DNA of 64,000 bases from an uncultured Alphaproteobacteria bacterium. Its GTDB lineage: Bacteria; Pseudomonadota; Alphaproteobacteria; ATCC43930; CGMCC-115725. Location of the stretch: positions 15,240 through 79,239 of the forward strand of contig CAWBKF010000014.1 in the NCBI GenBank assembly GCA_963789275.1. Direction: 5' to 3'. Shown here piece by piece: positions 39,698 to 50,277 of this stretch. Below the pieces are notes generated by a model. The model was not told the origin of the DNA. It ran no database searches and saw only the letters and a program-made list of their open reading frames with translations. The first letter of the stretch is position 1. The number at the start of each line of letters is the position of its first letter. The position numbers and the translations under genes were made by a program.

Positions 39698-40006
39698 ATG
39701 CCGGACGGTGTGCGGCTCGCCGTGCGGCTCACCCCCAAGGCATCGTCGGCACGGATTGTCGGCCTGATCGAGGATGGCAGCGGCGGGGTCGCGCTCAAAG
39801 TGGCGGTGACGGCGCCGCCCGAAGCGGGCAAGGCCAATGACGCGCTGCTGGCGCTGCTGGCCGAGACGCTCGGCCTCAAGCGGCGCGACCTCCACCTCGC
39901 GCTCGGCGCCGCCGACCGGCGCAAGCTGGTGCACATCGCCGGCGATCCCGCGGCACTGGCCGCCAGGCTCGAGGAAAGGCTCGCTCCATGGTTGAGACAC
40001 GACTGA
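39698..40006 (+). CDS. DUF167 (YggU-like) protein
   Basis: [67 protein letters not shown]. It follows yggT, as is common. Confidence 0.75.
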   Translation: MPDGVRLAVRLTPKASSARIVGLIEDGSGGVALKVAVTAPPEAGKANDALLALLAETLGLKRRDLHLALGAADRRKLVHIAGDPAALAARLEERLAPWLRHD

Positions 40007-40875
40007 TCGACGGCAAGGCCGCCGCGGAGGCGTTGCGCGCCGGGATCGCCGCCGCCGCCGCAGTGCTCAAGGCGCAGCACGGGATCGTGCCCGGGCTGGC
40101 GGCGGTGCTGGTGGGCGCCGACCCCGCCAGCGAAATCTATGTGCGCAGCAAGGCCAAGGCGACGCGCGCGACCGGGCTCGAGAGCGTCGAGCACCGGCTG
40201 CCCGCCGCCGCCAGCGAGGCGGAGCTGCTGCGCCTCGTCGCAGCGCTCAACGCCGATCCCACGATCGACGGCATCCTGGTGCAACTGCCGCTGCCGCCGC
40301 AGATCGCGCCGCAGCGCGTCATCGAGGCGATCGACCCGGCCAAGGATGTCGATGGCTTCCACCCGCAGAATGTCGGGCGGCTGTGGAGCGGCGGGACGGC
40401 GCTGGTGCCGTGCACGCCCTATGGCTGCCTGATGCTGCTGCGCCAGACGCTGGGCACGCTTGCCGGCGCCGAGGCGGTGGTGCTGGGCCGCTCCAACATC
40501 GTCGGCAAGCCGATGGCGGCGCTGCTGCTCGCCGAGAATTGCAGCGTCAGCCTGGCGCATTCCAAAAGCCGCAACCTGGCGGCGATCGCGCGCCGCGCCG
40601 ACATTCTGGTTGCCGCGGTCGGGCGCGCCGAGCTAGTGCGCGGCAACTGGATCAAGCCCGGAGCCACGGTGATCGATGTCGGGATCAACCGGCTCCCCGC
40701 CGCGGAGGGCAAGAGCCGGCTGGTCGGCGACGTCGCCTTCGCCGAGGCGCAGGGCGTTGCCGGCGCCATCACGCCGGTGCCGGGCGGGGTCGGGCCGATG
40801 ACCATCGCCTGCCTGCTGCGCAACACGCTCATCGCCGCCTGCCGCCGGCGCGGCATCGCCGAGCCCCCGCTCTGA
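39988..40875 (+). CDS. folD: bifunctional methylenetetrahydrofolate dehydrogenase/methenyl-THF cyclohydrolase
   Basis: LIDGKAAAE...[21 protein letters not shown]...[10 protein letters not shown]...GRSNIVGKP...[11 protein letters not shown]. Confidence 0.95.
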   Translation: MVETRLIDGKAAAEALRAGIAAAAAVLKAQHGIVPGLAAVLVGADPASEIYVRSKAKATRATGLESVEHRLPAAASEAELLRLVAALNADPTIDGILVQLPLPPQIAPQRVIEAIDPAKDVDGFHPQNVGRLWSGGTALVPCTPYGCLMLLRQTLGTLAGAEAVVLGRSNIVGKPMAALLLAENCSVSLAHSKSRNLAAIARRADILVAAVGRAELVRGNWIKPGATVIDVGINRLPAAEGKSRLVGDVAFAEAQGVAGAITPVPGGVGPMTIACLLRNTLIAACRRRGIAEPPL

Positions 40876-41031
40876 GGGCTCGCCGCGGGCTCACAAAAAG
40901 ATGACCGGCGGGACAGGCAAGGCGGCGTAGGATTATGGGAACGGCCAGCGCCGCGTCGTCCTATATAATAACTGGAAGACGGGGCGGCCCCTTATCGGGG
41001 ACCGATGGCCCGCAAGCGGAGGGAGAAGCCG

Positions 41032-41657
41032 ATGCGCCGCGTCAAGGAGATCGCCGTTCTGGCTGGCACGCTGGCGCTCGGCGCCTGCGCCGTGGCGCCG
41101 CCCGCCGGCCCCAGCGTCATGGCGCTGCCGGCCAAGGACAAGAGCTTCGCCGATTTCCAGCAGGACGACATGACCTGCCGCCAATATGCCTCGGTGCAGA
41201 CCGGCGGCACCTCGCCGCAGCAAGCGGCCAATGACAGCGCCGCCACCAGCGCCGTGGTCGGCACCGTGCTCGGCGCGGCGGCGGGCGCCGCCATCGGCGC
41301 CGCGGCCGGCAACCCCGCGGCGGGCGCCGCGATCGGCGCCGGCAGCGGCTTATTCCTGGGCGGCGCCAGCGGGCTCGGCGCGGCGGGGTATTCGGCCGCG
41401 GCGCTGCAGCAGCGCTACGACATGAGCTATGTCCAGTGCATGTCCGCCAAGGGCGAGAGCGTCCCGACCGCGCTCGACGCTCCGACGCCCGGCTATGGCT
41501 ACGCCTATCCCCCGGGCTATGCGTACGGCTATCCCTATCCGGCTATCCCTACGGGCCCTATGCGTACTATCCCGGGGCCTACGGCTATTATCCCGGCTAT
41601 GGCTATCCGGCGGTTGGCTTCGTCGGCGTGGGCTTCGGCGGCCGCTTCCGCCGCTGA
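41032..41657 (+). pseudogene. glycine-zipper lipoprotein with Tyr/Gly/Pro-rich tail, frame disruption at about 41540
   Basis: Lipobox MRRVKEIAVLAGTLALGAC and glycine zipper GTVLGAAAGAAIGAAAGNPAAGAAIGAGSG. The tail ...GYAYGYPYP switches to GYPYGPYAYYPGAYGYYPGYGYPAVGFVGVGFGGRFRR (track ORF 41436..41657) at tatCCggc, where one C appears to be missing. Confidence 0.6.
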
Positions 41658-41675
41658 GCGGGGGTGATCTCGTGC

Positions 41676-41777
41676 GGGAGTTTGCCTAGCGGCTCGTCCG
41701 ATCGGTGCGGCTTTCGCGGTTGCAAGGGCAACCGCTGCCGCCGCCGCGGACGAACTCCCTAACGGGAGTTCGCCTAG
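41676..41777. repeat. REP-like intergenic repeat (same family as 11541, 16151 and 53229)
   Basis: agtttgcctag, gtccgatcggtgcgg, hairpin gcggttgc-aagg-gcaaccgc (41716-41735), ccgcggacgaactccc, agttcgcctag. Confidence 0.5.
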
Positions 41778-42418
41778 TGGGCGGCGAGCCGGAACGTCGC
41801 TTCGGTCTTGGCGCGGATCTCGTCGAAGGTGACGCCGGGCGCGAGCTCGATCAGCACCATGCCGCCGCTGCCCTTCTTGTCGATGCTGAAGACGCCGAGA
41901 TCGGTGATCACGAGATCGACGACGCCGGCGCCGGTGAGCGGCAAGGTGCAGCGCTTCAGCAGCTTCGCCTCGTCCTTGGCGGTGTGCTCCATCACCACCA
42001 CCACCTTCTTGACGCCGGCGACGAGGTCCATCGCGCCGCCCATGCCCTTCACCATCTTGCCGGGGATCATCCAATTGGCGAGGTCGCCATTCTCCGCCAC
42101 CTGCATGGCGCCGAGGATCGAGAGATCGATATGCCCGCCGCGCACCATGGCGAAGCTGTCGGCGCTGGAGAAATAGCTGGTGGTCGGCAGCTCCGTCACC
42201 GTCTGCTTGCCGGCATTGATCAGGTCGGGATCCTCCTCGCCCTCATAGGGGAAAGGCCCCATGCCGAGCATGCCGTTCTCGCTTTGCAGCTGCACCGCCA
42301 TGCCGTCCGGGATGTAGTTCGACACCAGCGTCGGAATGCCGATGCCGAGATTGACGTAGAAGCCGTCGCGCAGCTCCTTGGCCGCGCGCGCCGCCATTTC
42401 CTCGCGTGTCCAGGCCAT
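41774..42418 (-). CDS. scoB: 3-oxoacid CoA-transferase subunit B
   Basis: ATG 42418 is preceded by [37 protein letters not shown]...SENGMLG...GAMDLV; 214 aa. Confidence 0.9.
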   Translation of the reverse strand: MAWTREEMAARAAKELRDGFYVNLGIGIPTLVSNYIPDGMAVQLQSENGMLGMGPFPYEGEEDPDLINAGKQTVTELPTTSYFSSADSFAMVRGGHIDLSILGAMQVAENGDLANWMIPGKMVKGMGGAMDLVAGVKKVVVVMEHTAKDEAKLLKRCTLPLTGAGVVDLVITDLGVFSIDKKGSGGMVLIELAPGVTFDEIRAKTEATFRLAAH

Positions 42419-42428
42419 GCCGATCTCC

Positions 42429-43137
42429 TCAGGATGGGCGCTTGCGCACGGTGCGCTGCTCGATGCGCTTTTTCGGATTCGGCGATATGCACGATGCGCT
42501 GCACGAAGATGCCGGGCGTGATGATGTGGTCGGGCTCGATCTCGCCGGGCGCCACGAGATGCTCGACCTCGGCCACCGTCACCTTGGCCGCCGTCGCCAT
42601 CATCGGGTTGAAGTTGCGCGCGGTCTTGCGGTAGACGAGGTTGCCCTCGGTGTCGCCCTTCCAGGCATGGACGATGGCGAGATCGGCGACCAGGCCGCGC
42701 TCCATCACGTATTTCTCGCCGTCGAAGGTGCGGACATCCTTGCCTTCGGCGATGACGGTGCCGACGCCGGTCTTGGTGAAGAAGGCGGGAATGCCGGCGC
42801 CGCCGGCGCGGATGCGCTCGGCCAGCGTGCCTTGCGGGTTGAACTCGAGCTCGAGCTGGCCGGCGAGGAATTGCTGCGCGAAGAGCTTGTTCTCGCCGAC
42901 ATAGGACGAGATCATCTTGCGGATCTGCCGGCTTTCCAGCAGCAACCCCAGCCCGGCGCCGTCGATGCCGGCATTGTTCGAGACGACCGTGAGATTGCCG
43001 ACGCCGGCCTCGCGGATCGCCTCGATCAGCGCCGCGGCGATGCCGCAGAGCCCGAAGCCGCCGGACATGATCATCATGCCGTCGCGCAGCACGCCGGCCA
43101 GAGCGGCATCGGCGCTGGGATATACCTTGTTCGCCAT
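42429..43137 (-). pseudogene. scoA: 3-oxoacid CoA-transferase subunit A, +1 insertion in a homopolymer (T5 at 42469-42473)
   Basis: [34 protein letters not shown]... is typical ScoA. The C-terminus reads [10 protein letters not shown]... but with A4 instead of A5 (minus strand) it becomes [16 protein letters not shown]-stop at 42429, the expected ending just before the scoB Shine-Dalgarno. Confidence 0.85.
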
Positions 43138-43318
43138 GATCGACCTGCTCTTGCGCGGCTTGCGCCGGCGCGTCTCTGCCTCGCCTGCCCCGGCATAGCA
43201 CGTGCGCCGCGCAGAGCCAACACCTCGCGGCGCGAGAGCCTATCCCGGCATGAAGCGGCGGTATCGCGCGCCGGCGATCGATCTGCTAAGCATCGGCCGC
43301 AAGGACAAGGAGGAAAGC

Positions 43319-44080
43319 ATGGAGCTCAAGGGGCAAACGGCGCTGGTCACCGGCGGCGGATCGGGATTGGGCGCGGCCACGGCGCGGGCGCTGGCCAAGG
43401 CGGGCGCCAAGGTCGCCGTGCTCGACATCAACGAGGAGAACGCCAAGAAGGTGGCGGCCGAGATCGGCGGCATCGCGCTGCGCTGCGACGTCGCCGATGC
43501 CAAGAGCGGCGAGGAGGCGGTGGCCAAGGCGCGCGCGGCGCAGGGGGCGGCGCGCCTCCTGATCAATTGCGCCGGCATCGGCATCGGCGCGCGCATCGTC
43601 GGCCGCGACGGGCCGCATCCGCTCGACCAGTTCAGCCGCGTCATCAACGTCAACCTGATCGGCAGCTTCAACATGATGCGGCTCGCGGCCGCCGACATGC
43701 AGAAGCTGGAGCCGCTGGAGGAAGGCGAGCGCGGCGTCATCATCTCCACCGCCTCGGTCGCGGCCTTCGAGGGCCAGATCGGCCAGGCGGCCTATTCCGC
43801 CTCGAAGGGCGGCATCGTCGCGCTGACCTTGCCGGCGGCGCGCGAATTCGCGCCGGCGGGCATCCGCGTCAACACCATCGCGCCCGGCCTCTTCGCGACG
43901 CCGCTGATGGCGAGCCTGCCGCCGCAGGTGCAGGAGAGCCTCGGCAAATCGGTGCCGTTCCCGCAGCGCCTCGGCCGGCCCGAGGAATATGCGCGACTGG
44001 TGCTCGACATCATCGCCAACCCGATGATCAACGGCGAGACCATCCGCCTCGACGGCGCGCTCAGGATGCAGCCGAAATAG
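43319..44080 (+). CDS. SDR, 3-hydroxyacyl-CoA dehydrogenase type-2-like
   Basis: AAGGAGGA then [32 protein letters not shown]...NCAG...S..AYSASKGG... Confidence 0.85.
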   Translation: MELKGQTALVTGGGSGLGAATARALAKAGAKVAVLDINEENAKKVAAEIGGIALRCDVADAKSGEEAVAKARAAQGAARLLINCAGIGIGARIVGRDGPHPLDQFSRVINVNLIGSFNMMRLAAADMQKLEPLEEGERGVIISTASVAAFEGQIGQAAYSASKGGIVALTLPAAREFAPAGIRVNTIAPGLFATPLMASLPPQVQESLGKSVPFPQRLGRPEEYARLVLDIIANPMINGETIRLDGALRMQPK

Positions 44081-44085
44081 CCGCG

Positions 44086-44400
44086 CTAGCGCGAACGCTC
44101 CTTGTCGCGGGGCGGCGCGAGCGCGTCGATCGCGTGGGCAAGGCGCAGATCACGCTCCGACAGTCCGCCGGCATCGTGGCTGGTGAGGATGATCTCGACG
44201 CGGTTGAAGACGTTGAACCATTCGGGATGATGATCCATCCTCTCGGCGATCAGCGCCACCTGGCTCATGAAGCCCCAGGCCTCGACAAAGGTGCCGAAGT
44301 GATAGGTCTTGCGGATGGCGTCGCGGTCCTCGACCTCGGACCAGCCATGGAGCTCCTTGATCGCGACCTTGCGCGCCGCGCCGACCAGACGCTCGACCAT
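44086..44400 (-). CDS. phhB: 4a-hydroxytetrahydrobiopterin (pterin-4-alpha-carbinolamine) dehydratase
   Basis: [76 protein letters not shown]. Confidence 0.85.
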   Translation of the reverse strand: MVERLVGAARKVAIKELHGWSEVEDRDAIRKTYHFGTFVEAWGFMSQVALIAERMDHHPEWFNVFNRVEIILTSHDAGGLSERDLRLAHAIDALAPPRDKERSR

Positions 44401-44465
44401 GCCTCGCCTCCCCGACTGAGCCCTGCTCACGGAGAAGTGGCGGGTCGGAAGCGGGATATCAAGCG

Positions 44466-44861
44466 GTGAGCGCGCCGGCGCTGCCGCCGAGCTTCGGCGA
44501 TCTCGAGGCGATGGCCGAGCGCGCGCTCGGCGATATCCCGGCGGAGCTGAAGCGGCATCTCGGCCGCGTCGTCATCCGCATCGTCGAGTTCCCCGACGCC
44601 GAGACCGAAGCGGAGATGGGCCTCGAGAGCCCCTTCGACATCCTCGGCCTCTATCGCGGCGTGGCGCTGCCGCGCCAGAGCGTGATGGACCCGCGCGCCG
44701 AGCCCGAGCTGATCTTCCTCTACCGCCGGCCGATCCTCGATTACTGGTGCGAGACCGGCGAGGATCTCTACGCCGTGGTGCGCCATGTGCTGATCCACGA
44801 GATCGGCCACCATTTCGGCTTCAGCGACGAGGACATGGAGCGGATCGAGCAGGAGAGCTAG
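44466..44861 (+). CDS. zincin-like metallopeptidase family protein (DUF1025-like)
   Basis: 131 aa with HEIGHHFG zinc motif near the C-terminus. Confidence 0.7.
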   Translation: MSAPALPPSFGDLEAMAERALGDIPAELKRHLGRVVIRIVEFPDAETEAEMGLESPFDILGLYRGVALPRQSVMDPRAEPELIFLYRRPILDYWCETGEDLYAVVRHVLIHEIGHHFGFSDEDMERIEQES

Positions 44862-45463
44862 AGAAGCGCCTGCACGCGTTGCCGCAGTTCCGGCAGCACC
44901 TCGGCGGCGAACCAGGGATTCTGCTTCTCCCACGCGGTGGTGCGCCAGCTCGGATGCGGCAGCGGCAAGGCGGCCGGCAGAAAGTCGCGCCAGGCGCGCA
45001 CCGTCTCGGTCATGCTTTTCTGCCGGCGGCCCTTCAGATAGTAATCGATGGCATAGGATCCCACGAGCAAGGTCAGCTCGATGGCGGGCCAGGCGGCAAG
45101 CAGGCGCGCATGCCAGAGCGGCGCGCATTCGGGCCTGGGCGGCAGGTCGCCGCCTGCCGCGTAGCGGCCGGGATAGCACAATCCCATCGGCAGGATGGCG
45201 ATGCGGCGCTCGTCATAGAAGGTGTCGCGGTCGATGCCGAGCCAATCGCGCAGCCGGTCGCCGCTGCGGTCGTCGAAAGAAAGGCCGCTCGCATGCACCT
45301 TGGTGCCCGGCGCCTGGCTGGTGATGAGGAGCCGCGCCGAGGCGAGGCCGCGCAGCACCGGCCGCGGCCCCAGCGGCAGGTGCGGCGCGCACAGCGCGCA
45401 GCCGCGCACCTCGGCCATGAGGCGGTCGAAGCGGTCTTGCGGGAGCTCGGAGCGTGCGCGCAT
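44858..45463 (-). CDS. uracil-DNA glycosylase superfamily protein
   Basis: CALCAPHLPLGPRPVL...ITSQAPGTKVH...PHPSWR motifs. The start is uncertain (45463 or 45523). Confidence 0.7.
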   Translation of the reverse strand: MRARSELPQDRFDRLMAEVRGCALCAPHLPLGPRPVLRGLASARLLITSQAPGTKVHASGLSFDDRSGDRLRDWLGIDRDTFYDERRIAILPMGLCYPGRYAAGGDLPPRPECAPLWHARLLAAWPAIELTLLVGSYAIDYYLKGRRQKSMTETVRAWRDFLPAALPLPHPSWRTTAWEKQNPWFAAEVLPELRQRVQALL

Positions 45464-45599
45464 GGGAGGAGAGAGCGCGGCTGCAAGCCGGCCCCCTACG
45501 CCGCTGGTGTACACCATTGACAAAAAAAATCAGCGTGCGTCGATGACGCAGGGAACGGCGACCCCCTGATGATAAGCGCGCACCCCTCCGCCGCCAAGG

Positions 45600-46496
45600 C
45601 TAGGCGGCGGTGCCCTGGCGCTCGCGCTCGACCGAGTTGAGCTCGTCGGAGACGGTGGTGCGGTGCATGTCGCGGCGATAGCGTGTGTCGTCATAGGGCC
45701 GGCCGCGATGCATGGTGCAGCGATCGTCCCACATCACGAGATCGCCGACCGCCCAGCGATGGCGGTAGACGAAGCGCTCCTCGGTGGCGAAGGCGATGAG
45801 CTGCTCGATCAGCGCGCGGCCTTCCGCCAGCGGCCAGCCGATGACATGCGAGGCATGGGAGGCGAGATAGAGCGTCTTGCGGCCGGAGCCGGGATGGCGG
45901 CGCACGAGGAGCTGCGGCACCGGCGGCAGCGCGCGCGTGATCTCGTCGTTGAAGTCGGTGAAGCCGATCTGCGCGCGCGAGCGGAAGATGCTGTGCTCGA
46001 CGACGAGGCCGTCGAGCGCGCGCTTCTTCTCGTCCGGCAGCGCGTCGTAGGCGGCGCGCAGATCGGCGAATTCGGTCTCGCCGCCGCTCGGCGGGATCTC
46101 GCGCGCGGAAAGCAGCGAGCAGCGCGCCGGGACGAATTTGAAGGAGCTGTCGGTGTGCCAGAGCTGGTTGCCGCGGTTGAACAGCAGCCGCTTGTCCTCG
46201 GCCGACATGACGCGGCCCTCGGGATCGAGATTGGAGATGTCGGCGATCTCCGGCCGCGCGAGGCGCGCCTTCTTACTGCCGGCATAGTCGGGGCTGGTCT
46301 CGAGCGGGCCGAAATTGAGCGAGAAGGCGATCTGCTGCTCGTCGCTCAGCGGCTGGCCGGGAAACACCAGCACGGCATGGCGGTTGAAGGCGGCGTCGAT
46401 GGCGGCGAGCGCGTCGGGGGCGAGCGGTGCCGCGAGATCGACGCCGGTGATCTCGGCGCCGAGCTGCGGATGGAGCGGCCTGACCGCGATGCCCAT
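45600..46496 (-). CDS. TauD/TfdA-family Fe(II)/2OG dioxygenase
   Basis: GGGAGGG then MGIAVRPLHPQLGAEITGVDL...LWHTDSSF...MWDDRCTMHRG. Confidence 0.85.
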   Translation of the reverse strand: MGIAVRPLHPQLGAEITGVDLAAPLAPDALAAIDAAFNRHAVLVFPGQPLSDEQQIAFSLNFGPLETSPDYAGSKKARLARPEIADISNLDPEGRVMSAEDKRLLFNRGNQLWHTDSSFKFVPARCSLLSAREIPPSGGETEFADLRAAYDALPDEKKRALDGLVVEHSIFRSRAQIGFTDFNDEITRALPPVPQLLVRRHPGSGRKTLYLASHASHVIGWPLAEGRALIEQLIAFATEERFVYRHRWAVGDLVMWDDRCTMHRGRPYDDTRYRRDMHRTTVSDELNSVERERQGTAA

Positions 46497-46624
46497 GAAA
46501 ACCCTCCCGCCCGGCTTTGACGGAAGTATGCCGCCGGCGCCGGCAGCGATCAATCCATTCCGCCGGAACGGCAATAGGCCGGCTGTTGTTTCATGAGACA
46601 TGCGAATGCCATGGAGGAAACCCC

Positions 46625-46780
46625 GTGCTTGGCACAATTCTTCTGGTCATCCTGATCTTGCTGCTGGTCGGCGCCTTGCCGAGCTGGCCCTACAGCGGCG
46701 GCTGGGGCTATTACCCCAGCGGCGGGCTGGGCCTGGTGCTGATCATCGTCATCGTGCTGCTGGTGGCGGGACGAATATAG
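46625..46780 (+). CDS. DUF3309-like small membrane protein
   Basis: GGAGGA then GTG 46625: VLGTILLVILILLLVGALPSWPYSGGWGYYPSGGLGLVLIIVIVLLVAGRI. Confidence 0.6.
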   Translation: MLGTILLVILILLLVGALPSWPYSGGWGYYPSGGLGLVLIIVIVLLVAGRI

Positions 46781-47278
46781 CGGCGCTCAGCCGGCGATCG
46801 CGTCGGCGCGCGCGGCGCGATCGTGTGGCGCTTACTTTCGCCAAATCACCGGGACCAGTGGTGCCCGATGACGTTCAGCAGGACATAGACGACGACCGCC
46901 ATCCCCGGCGGCAGCAGGATGAGCCAGAGCCAGCGGCGGAACAGCAGCCCCGCCACGATGACCAGAAAGCCGCACCCGACCACGGTGAGGTTGACCGATT
47001 CGAACTCCATCATCCGAGCTTGGGCCGGCGCGGTTAATATCCCCTTGCAACGCGTGGAGCGGCGGCTGGCAGGCGCGGCGGCGGCGGCAGCGCGGTGAAT
47101 TGGGCGATGTCGGCAAGACCGAGCCTCGGCCTCGATGGCGCCGATCTGCTGTGCCGCATCTTCGAAGCGGTACAACGCCTGAGGCCGGCGCCGCTCCCGC
47201 ACGGCAGCTATGCCGGCGCTGGTGCCGGCGGCGATTTCGGCTAGACTTCGCACAAAGGATGCCGGAGGAGGAGCCAAA

Positions 47279-47896
47279 ATGATCGTCGAAATGCGGACAT
47301 ACCAGCTCAAGACGCGCAGCCAGCCCGAAGTCATCAAGCGCTTCGGCGAGGCGCTGCCGGCGCGGCTCAAATTCTCGCCGCTGGGGGGATTCTTCTCCAC
47401 CGATGTCGGGCCGCTCAACCGCATCATCCATCTCTGGCCCTATGCCAATCTGGGCGAGCGCGAGCATATCCGCGCCGAGGCGGTGAAGTCGGGCGGCTGG
47501 CCGCCGAAGATCGGCGAGTTCATCGATACGATGGAAGCGAAGATCCTGCTCCCGGCGCCGTTCTCGCCGCCGCTGGAGCCGCGCCAGCTCGGCGGCATCT
47601 ACGAGTTCCGCTCCTACATCTACAAGCCCGGCTCGATGCCGCAGGTGATCCGGAGCTGGAGCGAGGCGATCGGCGAGCGCGTCAAGCTGTCGCCGCTGGT
47701 CGGCGCGTGGTACAGCGAGCTCGGCCCGCTCAACCAATGGGTCCATGTCTGGGCCTACAAGGACGCCGGCGAGCGCCAGCGCATCCGCGAGGAAGCGGTG
47801 AAGCGCGGCATCTGGCCGCCCAAGGGCAGCGGCGAGCTGCTGGTGAGCCAGGAGAACCTGCTGGCGGTCCCGTCGAGCTTTTCGCCGCTGAGGTAG
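47279..47896 (+). CDS. NIPSNAP-family protein (two NIPSNAP repeats)
   Basis: GGAGGAGGA then MIVEMRTYQLKTRS...HLWPYANLGEREHIRAEA...YEFRSYIYKPG...HVWAYKDAGERQRIREEA. Confidence 0.8.
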   Translation: MIVEMRTYQLKTRSQPEVIKRFGEALPARLKFSPLGGFFSTDVGPLNRIIHLWPYANLGEREHIRAEAVKSGGWPPKIGEFIDTMEAKILLPAPFSPPLEPRQLGGIYEFRSYIYKPGSMPQVIRSWSEAIGERVKLSPLVGAWYSELGPLNQWVHVWAYKDAGERQRIREEAVKRGIWPPKGSGELLVSQENLLAVPSSFSPLR

Positions 47897-47955
47897 CGAC
47901 GGACGATCAGCTGGACGCGCCGGACCGATCGCTCTTCTCCGTCTTCCTCACACAT

Positions 47956-48022
47956 CGCCCCTCCCCCCTTGAGGGGGAGGTCGGCCGCGCTCGCGCGAGC
48001 GCGGCCGGGAGGGGGGTAGCCG
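47956..48022. repeat. left terminal inverted repeat of the DUF559 cassette (CCCCTCCCCCC-TTGA-GGGGGAGG plus a 24-bp perfect palindrome)
   Basis: cgcccctccccccttgagggggaggtcggccgcgctcgcgcgagcgcggccgggaggggggtagccgc. Its reverse complement matches 48379-48440 and 52131-52199. Confidence 0.7.
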
Positions 48023-48051
48023 CACGCTCCGCGCCATGCCACGATCGCTCC

Positions 48052-48378
48052 ATGGCATCGTCGCTGGCGCGCAGATTGCGCACGGTCCCGACCGACGCAG
48101 AGATCCGGCTGTGGTCTCGCCTGCGCCGAAAGCAACTCGAGGGATTCCGCTTCCGGCGTCAGCATCCGATGGGGCGCTATGTCGTCGATTTCTTTTGTCC
48201 CGATGCGAGGCTGATCGTCGAAGTCGATGGCGGGCAGCACGCGGAGAGCGCAAGCGATGTCGTGCGCACACGCTGGCTCGAAGCGCAGGGCTATCGTGTC
48301 ATCCGATTTTGGAACAACGACGTTCTGGCGAACACCGAGGGTGTGTTGCTGAGTATTCTTGATGCGCTTCGCGCATGA
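48052..48378 (+). CDS. DUF559 endonuclease-domain protein (Vsr-fold)
   Basis: MASSLARRLRTVPTDAEIRLWSRLRRKQLEGFRFRRQHPMGRYVVDFFCPDARLIVEVDGGQHA...RVIRFWNNDV. Confidence 0.8.
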   Translation: MASSLARRLRTVPTDAEIRLWSRLRRKQLEGFRFRRQHPMGRYVVDFFCPDARLIVEVDGGQHAESASDVVRTRWLEAQGYRVIRFWNNDVLANTEGVLLSILDALRA

Positions 48379-48440
48379 CCCCCCTCCCGGCCGCGCTCGT
48401 GCGCGGCCGACCTCCCCCTCAGGCCTCAGGGGGGAGGGGC
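48379..48440. repeat. right terminal inverted repeat of the DUF559 cassette
   Basis: cccccctcccggccgcgctcgtgcgcggccgacctccccctcaggcctcaggggggagggg. This is approximately the reverse complement of 47956-48022, with a shortened central palindrome. Confidence 0.7.
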
Positions 48441-48556
48441 TAAGCAGGATGCGTTCTGAGGGACGAAACTTCAGCCTTGGCGCGGGAGGGGTGTGGGGGG
48501 AGAATGGGTTGGCTCGGAGAATGCCGAGCGAAGGCCGGGAGCGCTTTCCGGTCGGG

Positions 48557-49261
48557 TCAGCCGGCGATGCCGTCGAGCCAGGCGGCGATCGCACGCTGAG
48601 CCAGCGGCGCCAGCGCTGGCGCCCAATGCTCGGATTCGGCGCGCAGCACCGGCACCGCGAGGCCGGGCGCACCGGCAAGCTCGCAGGCATGGCCGATATA
48701 CCAGCGCTCGAGCTCAGGCGCACTGACCTCGAGATGGAATTGCAGCGCCAGGCCGTGGCGCTGCCAGGCAAAGGCCTGGTGGCGGTAGCGCTCGCTCGCC
48801 GCGAGATGCACCGCGCCCAAAGGCAGGTCGAAGGTATCGCCATGCCAGTGCAGCACCGGCGCGCGGCCGGCAAAGGGCGCCAGCGGCGAGGCGAGGCCGG
48901 CCGCGGTCAAGGTGAGCGGCGCCCAGCCGATCTCCTTGCCGGTGCCGGGATATACCCGCGCCGCCAGCGCCCGCGCCATGAGCTGGCTGCCGAGGCAGAT
49001 GCCGAGCACCGGTAGGCCGCGGGCAAGCCGGCGCTCGATCAGGCTGAGCTCGGCGGCCAGGAAGGGATAGATCTCCTCCTCATAGGCGCCGATCGGACCG
49101 CCCAGCACCACCAGAAGATCGGCCTCGGCGATGTCGGGCGCCCCGAGATCGTCGACCGCCGCATCGCGATAGGAGACGGCATAGCCGCGGCGCTCGAGCA
49201 GCGGGCCAAGCGTGCCGAGATCCTCGAAGGCGACGTGGCGGAGCGCGATGGCGCTGGGCAT
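48557..49261 (-). CDS. class-I glutamine amidotransferase-like protein
   Basis: MPSAIALRHVAFEDLG...LVVLGGP...GICLGSQLMA (Cys nucleophile) ...HWHGDTF...FHLE. Confidence 0.8.
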   Translation of the reverse strand: MPSAIALRHVAFEDLGTLGPLLERRGYAVSYRDAAVDDLGAPDIAEADLLVVLGGPIGAYEEEIYPFLAAELSLIERRLARGLPVLGICLGSQLMARALAARVYPGTGKEIGWAPLTLTAAGLASPLAPFAGRAPVLHWHGDTFDLPLGAVHLAASERYRHQAFAWQRHGLALQFHLEVSAPELERWYIGHACELAGAPGLAVPVLRAESEHWAPALAPLAQRAIAAWLDGIAG

Positions 49262-49272
49262 GCCGCCTCGGC

Positions 49273-50013
49273 CTAGAGCACCGTCAGCATGCCGGCGACC
49301 AGCGGGTGGCGGACGATGTCGCAATCGGCCAGCCGAATGACGGCGATCTCGGGCACGCGCTCGAGGCGGTTCGCGATGTCGGAGAGGCCGGAGAGGCCGT
49401 CGAGCAGGTCGCTCTGGTCGGGGTCGCCGGTCAGCACCATGGTCGAGTGCCAGCCGAGCCGGGTCAGCAGCATCTTGATCTGGCCATAGGTGCAGTTCTG
49501 CGCCTCGTCGATGACGATGAAGGCGTTGTTGAGCGTGCGGCCGCGCATGTAGGCGACCGGCGCGATCTCGATGGCGCCTTCGACGATGAGCTGGCGCACG
49601 CGCTTGCCGCCGATCCGCTCGTTGAGCGCGTCATAGAGCGGGCGGAGATAGGGCGCGAGCTTGTCGTGGAGATCGCCCGGAAGGAAGCCCAGGCTCTCGC
49701 CGGCCTCGATGGCGGGACGGGTCAGCACGATGCGGCCGACCTTGCCGGCCTCCAGCGCCTCGACCGCGGCGGTGATCGCGAGATAGGTCTTGCCGGTGCC
49801 GGCCGGGCCCAGCGCCAGGGTGAGATTGTGCTGCTCCATCGCCTCCATCAGCGCGCGCTGATTGTCGCTTTGCGGCCGCACCTTGCGCAGATAGCTCTGC
49901 TCGCGCGCGGTCTCGCGCTCGACCCCCAGCGGGTGCCAGCCGGGGCCGAAGAGCGACTCGACCTTGCCTTCCGGGGAACGTGCCTGGGCTGCGCGGCTCG
50001 AACGTTTGGCCAT
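49273..50013 (-). CDS. phoH: PhoH-family ATPase
   Basis: MAKRSSRAAQ... Walker A GPAGTGKTYLA, VIDEAQN, and PhoH C-terminal region. Confidence 0.85.
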   Translation of the reverse strand: MAKRSSRAAQARSPEGKVESLFGPGWHPLGVERETAREQSYLRKVRPQSDNQRALMEAMEQHNLTLALGPAGTGKTYLAITAAVEALEAGKVGRIVLTRPAIEAGESLGFLPGDLHDKLAPYLRPLYDALNERIGGKRVRQLIVEGAIEIAPVAYMRGRTLNNAFIVIDEAQNCTYGQIKMLLTRLGWHSTMVLTGDPDQSDLLDGLSGLSDIANRLERVPEIAVIRLADCDIVRHPLVAGMLTVL

Positions 50014-50277
50014 GCCGAATTCCTTCTGAAAAGAGCGGGAACGGACAAGCGAAAACCCGCCGCGCGGGGCGTGGCGGGCAGGAGAAGACGGGGCGTGGAG
50101 GCGGGAGCGGGAGGTCGCCCGGCAGCGAGCCGGGCGGAGGCCGGGGCGGCGGCGACGGGAGGAAAACCCAATAAGCAACGGCATCGACCCCAAGACGATA
50201 CCGGCAATTTTTGGGCCTGTCACTAGGACTTGCCGGTTCCGCACGTGATTTCCCAAGATGTGGTGGGGAGCGATGCG

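Noticed and set aside
46846-47013. Possible 55-aa two-TM protein (MMEFESVNLTVVGCGFLVIVAGLLFRRWLWLILLPPGMAVVVYVLLNVIGHHWSR).
   Set aside because: It is hydrophobic and plausible, but it has no ribosome-binding site or recognisable family. I left it out of the feature list as unsupported.
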